Under the pieces are notes generated by a model. It was not told where the DNA came from. It was given only the letters and a program-made list of their open reading frames with translations, and ran no database searches. From NCBI GenBank assembly GCA_010909165.1, contig MU008162.1:1364001-1428000 (forward strand): a stretch of 64,000 nucleotides of DNA. Reading direction: 5' to 3'. The position numbers and the translations under genes were made by a program. Positions 54,930 to 64,000 of this stretch are shown one piece after another (position 1 is the stretch's first letter; each line of letters starts with the position of its first letter). The stretch comes from Anthoceros angustus (lineage: Eukaryota > Plantae > Anthocerotophyta).

Positions 54930-57680
54930 TCAGTGGTGATCACCACACGAGCAAAACCCGTTCACAAAATGGTGAACACGATGGGCATCTCTGACAATTA
55001 TTTCTCGCCTCTCAATCCTGGACATGATCTTAGTGCCAGTATGGCAGTCATTGCACATCCGCAGATTTTTGGTCACCACCAAAGTGGTGCCGTCTGGAGT
55101 GTTCAAGAGGCCATAAGCCAATGCTAGTTTCTCAGCATGTCCACAAAGAGCATCTTCCTTCTCCGTCTGCCCCAGCTCTACGTGTGGCATCCGCCCTCCT
55201 TCCTCATCTAACAGTGCATTCACACTCCTTAGCTTGGAGGATATGTCATCTCTTTCTTCCCCCACAGTAAATGTCTGCACTTTGTTGTCTACCTCGATCC
55301 AAGCCCTTGCAGGCTTCTTGCAAGCACCCGCGCCCTTTCTCAGACTTTCTATCAATTGTACACCCTTGGGCCAACCTGCATTAGTATATATGTCTTGCAT
55401 GAGTGCATATGGAGCAGCGTTTTGCGGCTCCAATGCAATAAGATGGTCGAAACATCGCCGTCCACGCTCCACGTCACCGTGACTTCTACAGGCACCCAGC
55501 AAGGATGTCCAACTAGCAAAAGCATCTTTAAAGGGCAAGGTCTGCAACATGTGTTCTGCCTCATCTAGCTGACCTGATCGCCCCAGAAGATCAACCATGC
55601 AGGTGTTGTGATACACAGTGGGTGAAATGCCATGGTCGTCAACCATCAGTCTGAAATAGTGCTTGCCTTCATTCACTAGCCCCTCGTGACTACATGCAAC
55701 AAGAAGAGAGAGAAAAGTCCCATCATCTGGTTTTGTACCATGCTCCTGCATTTCTTGGAAGCAGTGTAAAGCACGTTGCACAACATTATGCTGGCAATAG
55801 CCATTCAGCAGAGCATTCCACGTAACCACAGTTTTCGTGGGCAACTTATCAAATACTTTGCGGGCATCCTCCAGATTGCCGCATTTTGCATACATGTCCA
55901 CAAGGCTGCTGCCAACCACCACATCAGCTTCCTGACCTCTTTCCTGAACTTCGTAATGCAGCTCCTTTCCTTGTTGTAAAGCTCCTATGCTGGCACACGC
56001 TTTCAGGAGGCACACTATCGTATGATTGTTTGCTGAGGTGATCCCCTCCTGCTGCATGGATGCATAAAGGGCAAGTGCTTCGTGACCAAGTCCCTGCTGA
56101 GAATATCCATCAATCATGGCAGTCCAGGTCACTACATCCTTCGTGGGCAATCTGTCGAAGACTCTTTGTGCATCCTCCAAGCTCCCACATTTTGCATACA
56201 TGTCCACCAAGCTGTTACCCAGAACCGCTTCCAGTCCTTGTTCCTCTATCTGCAAATGAAGCTGCTTCCCTTGAAGCAGCTCACGTTCACTGGCACATGC
56301 TTTGAGGAGGCAGACAAATGTAGCCCGATCAGCTCGTGTGGTGCTGTCCTCCTGCATGAGTGCATAAAGATCGAGGACTTCTTGACCCAGCCCATGCTGA
56401 GCATATCCTGCAAGCATGCTGTTCCATGCAACAACATCCTTAATGGGCAACTTATCGAATACATCGCGGGCGTCTTTCAGGCTCCCACATTTTGAATACA
56501 TGTCTACTAGACTGCTACCAACAATGTGATTGGCTTCAAGTCCTCTTTCTTGAATTTGCAAGTGAAGCTCCTTTCCCTCATGTAACCTTTGCATGCTAGC
56601 ACAGGCCTTCAGCACGCACACAAAAGTAATGTCATTGGGCAAAGACATGCCTTCCTCCTTCATACTCTTGTAAAGCATAAGCGCTTCCTGACCAAGCCCA
56701 TGCTGAACATATCCAGTGAGTAGGGCATTCCATGTTACCACATCTCTTGTGAGCAATCTGTCAAACACCCTTCGAGCATCCACTAAGCTCCCACACTTCG
56801 CATACATATCCACCAGGCTATTGCCCAAAACCAGATCAGCTTCAAGGCCTCGCTCCTCAATCATTGAATGGACCTCCTTGCCCTCATCTAGGGCACCAGT
56901 GCTAGCACATGCCTTCAGCGTGCACAAAAAAGTTGCATAACTGGCAGTAACACCTTCCTGCTGCATGCGTGCAAAAAGTGCAAGGGCTTGTGTACCAAGC
57001 CCCTGTTGTGCATATCCTGCAATCATGGCATTCCATGTCACCACATTCTTGTTTGGCAGCCTGTCAAACACTCTGTAGGCATCCGCCATGCTTCCACATT
57101 TTGCATACAGGTTCACCAGACTGCTGCCAACAAATACACTTGGTTGAAGGCCACTTCCCAAAATATCCGCATGGACTTGCTTGCCGGATGGTAGATCTGA
57201 AACTGTGGCACACGCCTTGAGAACTGCCACATATATATGGCTGTTGGGGTCCACACTTGAATGTCTCATCTGCTGATACAGTTTGATAGCCTGCATGGGC
57301 TGCCCATGCTCGGTATGTGCTGAAATAATGGAGTGCCAAATGCACGAGTTAGTCACAGCCAGTTTTGAAAAGACATTGGTTGCTTCCTGCAACCTCCCAT
57401 GAGAGGTATACATGCGGATAATGTGGCTGGCCAAAAGTGTATTGGTCTCGTACCCACACTTAAGAGTTAGAGCATGAACACGTCTGCCAACACTCAAATC
57501 CTTCTGTGCAATGCAATGCTTTAGGGCTGAGCATATGATAGATTCGGGCACGATGGATCTTTGCTGCACTAGGAGCTCCAATGCTTCGACAGTCGGAACC
57601 AGCTGCTTTTCTCCACATTCCTTTTTCCAGACCCCAAGTCTCAGATTCCCGTCAGACCTGCAAGATTGCGAGGGTGTCAA
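54930..57680 (-). CDS. PLS-E1-E2-DYW:KP PPR protein (candidate U-to-C editing factor), 20 PPR motifs; 5' end unresolved
   Basis: C-terminal KKPARAWIEV, HAEKLA, CNDCH, CSCGDHH. The ORF-track start at 57680 is TTG, with an in-frame stop upstream, so an upstream exon is likely. Confidence 0.92.
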   Translation of the reverse strand: MTPSQSCRSDGNLRLGVWKKECGEKQLVPTVEALELLVQQRSIVPESIICSALKHCIAQKDLSVGRRVHALTLKCGYETNTLLASHIIRMYTSHGRLQEATNVFSKLAVTNSCIWHSIISAHTEHGQPMQAIKLYQQMRHSSVDPNSHIYVAVLKACATVSDLPSGKQVHADILGSGLQPSVFVGSSLVNLYAKCGSMADAYRVFDRLPNKNVVTWNAMIAGYAQQGLGTQALALFARMQQEGVTASYATFLCTLKACASTGALDEGKEVHSMIEERGLEADLVLGNSLVDMYAKCGSLVDARRVFDRLLTRDVVTWNALLTGYVQHGLGQEALMLYKSMKEEGMSLPNDITFVCVLKACASMQRLHEGKELHLQIQERGLEANHIVGSSLVDMYSKCGSLKDARDVFDKLPIKDVVAWNSMLAGYAQHGLGQEVLDLYALMQEDSTTRADRATFVCLLKACASERELLQGKQLHLQIEEQGLEAVLGNSLVDMYAKCGSLEDAQRVFDRLPTKDVVTWTAMIDGYSQQGLGHEALALYASMQQEGITSANNHTIVCLLKACASIGALQQGKELHYEVQERGQEADVVVGSSLVDMYAKCGNLEDARKVFDKLPTKTVVTWNALLNGYCQHNVVQRALHCFQEMQEHGTKPDDGTFLSLLVACSHEGLVNEGKHYFRLMVDDHGISPTVYHNTCMVDLLGRSGQLDEAEHMLQTLPFKDAFASWTSLLGACRSHGDVERGRRCFDHLIALEPQNAAPYALMQDIYTNAGWPKGVQLIESLRKGAGACKKPARAWIEVDNKVQTFTVGEERDDISSKLRSVNALLDEEGGRMPHVELGQTEKEDALCGHAEKLALAYGLLNTPDGTTLVVTKNLRMCNDCHTGTKIMSRIERREIIVRDAHRVHHFVNGFCSCGDHH

Positions 57681-59024
57681 ACAAGTTCCTGGGGTTCAGA
57701 CATGACTTGATGGTCAATCACTAGATGCCGACTACTTGGCTCAAAACAACACAATTGTGGAAATGTGTCCAGCGAAGGGAATTCGAACCTCTGAGAGACC
57801 TCATGGACATTCACCCCTCGCCGTAACCTTTCCTTGATCCAAGCATGCTGTGAGTCACACAATGCATCCTCAGTCGTGCTGTGCATGAAGTCGCTATACT
57901 TGACCTTGGTCTGCAGCGTTGCAGTGATTAATTGCACCAGGAAAACCCTCCCTCGTCGTGTTTCTGGTGACCAGTAACTGATGGGCAAAGATAGCAACTG
58001 AAGGCTGGGGCACTATTACCTTGTTGAACGTGCCGTCCCACAAGAAGGTGGGATTGCCCAGAAAATTCTGCCACAAGGCCTGCCGAGCACTTGGTTCCAC
58101 TGCATGCCAGCTTCACGATCACACTCTGAGAAGCTTCTCCACTGCAAGCCCATCAGGAGAAACAGAAAACAACTCCAAAACACTACTCCAGGGAAACGGT
58201 AACTGACCAGATCCAGCTCCGAATTTCCGTCCATCTCCTAATCCCACCGAGGCATGTTGTGCGAGACCAAGCAACCTTGGTGGCCAGTCTTGATGGCTGC
58301 TGCTCCGCTTGGATGTCTGCATCATGCAATCATTTACCAACTCTCCCGAACCAACCCTGGCCGAGAATGCATAGCAAAAAGTGGCTAGAAGACAAGGCCA
58401 TGGCAATATTCACTACCTCATCCGACCTGCTGGCCCACCACAGCGAAGGATCGGCCAGAAATCTCTCCCCACAGTCCCCATGCTGCACTTGACTGCAAGT
58501 TGATCCAGCTGCCAATGACACCCACCATCAGCAGCAACCCATAGCAAGCAACAAAGTGAAGCAAATGAAGCTCAGCACTCACGATTGCCAGATGTTCCTT
58601 GCTCAGCTGCCAGGCGCAACGGTGACACACGCCTCAAATTGGCCTTCTTCATTCGGGCTGCTCCAGGATTGCCAACCCACCATCCCGCTACATGTCCTCC
58701 TTGCCTCCAGGCCTGAATCAAGGTTCCACAATGAAGACCATTGCACAGAGCAGAAAGCAGCAGAACATGGCTGAGCGGATTTGACTCACCTTCGGATGAA
58801 TTTGAGATTGGAGCACAGTAATTTCGTGACGTAACTTTCAAACGACCTAATGGGACGTGTTTAGGGCCGCGTCCTGCATGTCGGAGATCTGGTGTCAGCT
58901 GCAACAGAGGGGGAAGTTGGGCGGAATTGGAAATGTGAGGGTTACTGTTCATCGCACATGGAACCCATCAAAGGACGCTTGCAAATTGGGATCATTAAGG
59001 CGAGCAGCGGCGGGTTGGGCTGAA

Positions 59025-59787
59025 ATGGGGCAAACACTACGCAAAGTGGTGGCATCTGTACCCCCTCGTGCCTCTCCCCGTGCTGCTCCACCAGCCTCAC
59101 GCCCTCCCACCCGGGAGCCTGTGCAAGCGAGTCCAGCATCTGTCAAGCCAGGTTGGGATTCTAGAATCTTCCGCTGAGAGCATTCACCGAGGTCTGAATT
59201 GGTTGCTGACGGTGGTCTGGTCCTACTGATCGTGCAGATGAGGCTGTGGAACCCGAGCAGAATTTGGGTGAATGGGATCCCAAGAACCCAAATTACCAAA
59301 CCCTGGTGCACCAGGTGGCCGGAGCGATCTCTACCAGGCCGGGAGGGTTCCAGGAGATGGGTCCGGTAGGGTAACTCCAATTCTGCGTCTGCTTGGTCTC
59401 CAGGTTGAGAGATTCCGGACTCACTGGCATTTGCTGTTTCGATCCTTCCAGGCCAAGTTGACAGATCGGGAGCATGCCAGGCCGATGCCCAAGGACCGGC
59501 ACACTTCTGTTGCGTCGGGGCCTGATGAGGAGCAGATAGTAAAGCCTGGCACTCTGAACGTCGCCCAGCTAAAGCAGCTCTTTGCTTTGTACAGCAGGGA
59601 ATTGGAGGGCCAGGAGAAGCCAGTGGACGCGCAAAGCTTGGCAGAGAAGTTCAATGTGGATGCCGTTCTGTTGAGGAAAGTTTTGAAGCATTTTTGGCTC
59701 CATGCAGCTCACCGTCGAGGACTGCAACTGGAAGATCCTGAGCAGAAGCAGGAGGTGAGAGAACGTCAAGCTGCTAGTGGGGCTTAA
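59025..59787 (+). CDS. At3g21400-like / NDUFAF4-like putative mitochondrial protein, 3 exons, ~196 aa
   Basis: Exons 59025-59151, 59238-59365 and 59452-59787, GT-AG and phase-consistent. Motifs DPKNPNYQTLVHQVAGAISTRPGGFQEMG, RPMPK, PGTLNVAQL, AEKFNVD. Confidence 0.75.
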
Positions 59788-61346
59788 TGTTGTCCATTAA
59801 CGTCATTTGTCATCATCCTCTGTACATTAGGAAAGCACAAACAATCGTCCGGAAGTAGTTTCTGTCCTACATGAGTTTGTAGCGAGCCACTGGTTTTGTA
59901 GAACAGCCGCAAAGTAGGTAGCACAGACGCCATTCTAACAAGATAGAAGAACATTGCATGTTCCGTAGTTGTTGCTAGTGTTCGACCAGGCCTGGCCTGC
60001 GCGGTGCCTTTCCTGACTTAACCTCTGCATGAGCTTTCTGTCCAAGCTCCAGACAGCTTGTCAAACCTGGCTTCTCATACGCACACCTTTCATATCTTGT
60101 ACAGTAGTGTGTGTTGCCGCCTGCAGGTGCTATATGAGAAGCCATTGAGGATGGCGTAGTAGATTGTACTCCACATCTGACTTGTCGTTAAGGAGATGGC
60201 TGACAACTTGAGACATCGAGGTAGGCACCCCGAAACAAATACTGTATGTACCTTTGTACTGTGATCACAGGTCCCCAGTAAAGCTCCTCCATCTCTGCGT
60301 CAGCATTATCCTCTCTGCACTGACAAGGCTTGCCATGGCTTAGCAAGCATCTGAACCCAGTTAGTTGAGCTGTTACAGGTGATGCTGCTGCGATAAGGAT
60401 GACCATAGAGAAGAAAATCACTTTCCATCAATCCTGATGCCCCTTGGTTACACGGCATGATGCTGGGCTGACAGGCCCCATCCCCCACTCCCCGACTTCG
60501 TCATGCACTACAGCTGGTTTCAGTCCTCACCACATGACCAAGCCTCATCCCTCATCTCTCCAACGGGAAGAAAAGTCGACAGCACTCGAGCTTGGGCAAT
60601 AGTTGCCCACACTCCAAGCATCAGAATCTCCCCTTCTGAGGTATGCTGCACGGAAACTCTGATTGCTGTTCACACCTGTCGACCCAGAAAGGACATGCTC
60701 CCCCGTGAAACATATGTCCTTGGGGCTGGACAGTGCAGACTGCGCTCCTGTTCTCCTTCACGATTCACGCTCCGTGTAGAAAATTGTCTTGTCTCGATTC
60801 GGCCATGCCAGCTAATCTTTGTAAGCAACCCATGAGGATCCCAGTCAAACAGAAGGTCACCGCAAGTACATGCGCGAAGTTATGAGGCGGCCGTATTCGA
60901 TCCGAATATGCCTCGGCCCCGATGGTTGCACGCAGCACGATCCCCATCAGCTCAACGCGGTTGGCATTGGCGCAGCGGAAGTGCAGCCTTGCAAGCCCCG
61001 GACCGGCTGGCATGCGTATCAATTAGGGAAGGAAACAGTAAGCTCTAGTCCTCTAGTCCAGGTAACAGAAAACAGGGTCTCCACGGCCCGCCATCCCCAC
61101 GCCCCGCTCCATTCGGACTGGACTCCCGCCTCCCCCGGTCCTTTCTTGCTCTCCTCTCCCACGCAGTTGCCTGCGCCTTTTCTGGATCTTGTTTATATCC
61201 CGCCCCCCAGCTCTCCGATTGTGAGGAGAAGACGCGCTCCCGGAATCAAGAGCCTCTCCCGGAATCTGATTTGTGGGTTTCTGTGGGTTCCCGGAAGCGA
61301 GCGTTGGAACGCCGATTGCGGATTGGGCTGTGAGGAGGAAGAGACG

Positions 61347-61970
61347 ATGGCAGCTGCGCCGGCAAACAATGGCGCTTCCAAGGCGCCCAGGAGGCTTCTG
61401 TCGTCCATGTACAGGAGATCGGTGGCAGCGCATCCCTGGCACGATCTGGAACTGGGGCCTGGAGCTCCGGAAGTGTTCAACACAGTGGTGGAGATCAGCA
61501 AGGGGAGCAAGGTGAAGTACGAATTGGACAAGAAGACGGGGCTGATCAAGGTGGATCGGGTGCTCTACTCCTCGGTGGTGTATCCGCACAACTACGGCTT
61601 CATCCCGCGCACGCTCTGCGAGGACAACGATCCCATGGACGTGCTGGTGCTCATGCAGGAGCCCGTGCTCCCGGGATGCTTCCTTCGGGCCAGAGCCATC
61701 GGGCTCATGCCCATGATAGACCAAGGTGAGAAGGATGACAAGATCATTGCAGTCTGTGCAGACGATCCCGAGTTCCGCGTCTACGAGGACATCAACCAGC
61801 TGCCTCCTCACCGCCTGGCGGAGATCCGCCGCTTTTTTGAGGACTACAAGAAGAATGAGAACAAAGAAGTATCTGTCGAAAATTTTCTTCCCAAACAAAG
61901 TGCCATTGACGCAATCAGACACTCCATGGATTTGTACTCTTCCTACGTGCTGGAGACCCTGAGACAGTAG
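61347..61970 (+). CDS. Soluble inorganic pyrophosphatase (family I PPa), intronless, 207 aa
   Basis: [75 protein letters not shown]. The ORF-track start at 60870 is too far upstream. Confidence 0.97.
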   Translation: MAAAPANNGASKAPRRLLSSMYRRSVAAHPWHDLELGPGAPEVFNTVVEISKGSKVKYELDKKTGLIKVDRVLYSSVVYPHNYGFIPRTLCEDNDPMDVLVLMQEPVLPGCFLRARAIGLMPMIDQGEKDDKIIAVCADDPEFRVYEDINQLPPHRLAEIRRFFEDYKKNENKEVSVENFLPKQSAIDAIRHSMDLYSSYVLETLRQ

Positions 61971-62678
61971 ATCCAGGGCTGGAGCTTGGCTTCAATTCCG
62001 TCCAAGCAGATGCTGAATGCGCACTTGCCTTCCAGGCTGGTGGCGTAGTTCCTCTTCCCAGGATCATCCGGAGGCGTGTGGACGACGACCTGGCATATCC
62101 GACCGTTAATTTTGTTAGTTTGATTCATCCCCCTCATGCATGCCGATACTCCGGTTTGTGTGAATCCAATTACTGTATAAATGCTTGTGAGTAGGATTTC
62201 AACTCTTAATCATCTATTCAGACCTTGTTACTTGTAGTCACACATGTGGAGAAAGCGCACACGCCAAGTCTGGCTGGCTACATAGACTACTATGTACTTT
62301 GTGTCTCCCATATGGGACGAAGATATGTGGTGTGGAAGTGTCACACTTTTTCTACTTCTTCAGATCGGATGCCACTTCTTGCCTTGCCTTGCCTTGCCTC
62401 CAAGCAACATCCTAATTCCTGGCGTGTGCTTTGTGAAAGGCGGCACAGGCGCATACATGCCATAAAGAAGAGATCTCTATCCTTCTTCTTTGTGAACTGG
62501 TCTGATCGGCCCCACCTCCTGGCGATGTGGAATCCCCGTGTGTTCCCAGAACTGTGGCTGTGTCCGGGGAGCTTGCTTCGACTAGGAGTGTTTGACTTTC
62601 ACCTTTCAACCATTCCACCAGCCAACAGCTAGTTTCTGAGTTTGGCACTCTTCTGATCCATCTGCTGCTTGCTTCAGC

Positions 62679-62708
62679 AGGGCTAGGGCTAGGGCTAGGG
62701 CTAGGGCT
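62679..62708 (+). repeat. (AGGGCT)5 telomere-variant repeat, G-quadruplex-capable
   Basis: Five GGG tracts with 3-nt CTA loops. Confidence 0.85.
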
Positions 62709-64000
62709 TCAGATGAGGGGAACTGGCAAGATGTGTTTGTGGGCAATACTGATTATTTGCCCGAGTTCATGCTTAGGCTGCCTAGAGTAGTGTTGCACAA
62801 GCGTGGACGAGCTGGCATGAGATGGTCTGGCATGAATGAGATGGTCTGGTATGAGTTGAGATGGTCTGAGATGGTCCTGGCCATGAGTTGGCGAGGCTGT
62901 CCGTTACCTCCGACATATAGCACCTCCAGAGATCAGGAAGAATTCAGTACTGGCACGGCGCGGATACTGTGAAGGTCAGGATATGGACGTGATGTGTTAC
63001 AGCATAGGGTCCAGTGACCTAGCTTTCCAGTGAATGCGATGTGTGTCTGGTTTGCTGGGAGGTAACAAAACAAAGCTTGATGACATGGTCTCGTAGTTTA
63101 CCGACAGTTGTCTTGACCCTGTGTTGGCTGAAGGTTCCCAACTGTTGGGGAATTCAACCAGAAAGCCAAAGCCAGCTCAAGCCTTTCAAAAGGCCGTGTC
63201 TCGGCAGCAAAAAGTTCAACGGTTGTCTTCAACCTCTCCACCGGGTTACTGTCCCCGTGACATGACAACCCCAGAATTGTCTGAACCAATTTTCAGGATT
63301 AAAAAATGGGGCCAAGTCTGCTCTGTACGTCTGAGAGACTCTTGGAATAAGATATCCGGAGTGTCACTCTCCTAGCGCTGAACCCACCATGGTTGCAAGC
63401 TGCAAGCTCTCCATCCTTCCACCATGTGGGGCATGATACAGCGCATGCGTCTGTGCCTGTGCCTGTTAGTTAGGCAGATGTGAACGTGGAGTGGTTGCAC
63501 TCCCACTCCCCACTTCCATCACCCACGTCTTCCATCAAGTGAGCTGGTTAACAGGTCTACCTCCATCCCCACAGCAGAAGACGATGCTCTGCCGGCCCAG
63601 AAAAGGATCTTGTCCGAGCAAAACAAGCTCCATCTCCATCGGCATCTGCCCCTGCATCCATCCCATCCACTCTGCTGCAGCAGTGCAGAAGCTGCTAACC
63701 CACCTCCTCGTCACATGAGCACCAACGTACACTCCCAGTACATACCCCAGGCTTCCAGGCTTCCAGCCTCCAGTTCCCGCATCAGATGCTTCCCCGAAGC
63801 TGCCGCTCCAGAAGAGAAGCCACGATAAAGCTGCCGCGGTTCGAACCCGAGTTCATTCTGGAAAGCCACGAAATCCGCCGACAAAGATCCACTTACCCCC
63901 CCGATTTACCCTGCCATTACGTTGAGCTTACCGCGTCGTCCCAAAAGATTAGTAAAACCCGGGAGCCCTAACGCGGGATGGAGCGGGCCGCCGGGGCCGG

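Noticed and set aside
60188-60421. Possible small secreted Cys-containing peptide (minus strand)
   Set aside because: The ORF starts at GTG after an in-frame stop. The ATG version leaves too short a signal peptide, and there is no recognisable family.
61053-61922. 289-aa ORF antisense to the pyrophosphatase, and similar long antisense ORFs over S6K (41302-42420), HEATR5 and the transporter
   Set aside because: Expected shadow ORFs of GC-rich coding sequence; low-complexity with no motifs.
62000-64000. Protein-coding gene at the right end of the window
   Set aside because: Only short ORFs without recognisable motifs; splice-like signals could not be assembled into a supported model.

Overview
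Gene-dense nuclear genomic DNA from a non-seed land plant, most likely a hornwort (Anthoceros-like). The evidence is short GT-AG introns, several intronless housekeeping genes, and PLS-PPR editing factors including a KPAxA/HAE 'DYW:KP' type. In order: 5' end of an At2g32640-like FAD oxidoreductase, head-to-head with RPS14; an intronless 2054-aa HEATR5/SWEETIE; four secreted GNA/bulb-type lectin-like genes in which every mannose motif is degenerate; an AAAP/GAT-like amino-acid transporter; a segmental duplication with breakpoints inside the transporter and WDR11, bracketing a ~7.7-kb cargo (orphan secreted-protein gene, Copia and hAT remnants, F-box gene) and carrying two LTR-element insertions; intact WDR11 and S6 kinase; a repeat-rich block with an orphan ORF; a tightly packed trio of PLS-PPR genes (two E+ proteins with 16-aa-longer L motifs and one DYW:KP deaminase ending GDHH); an At3g21400/NDUFAF4-like gene; a soluble pyrophosphatase. 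All family assignments come from motif recognition by eye; no database searches were run.
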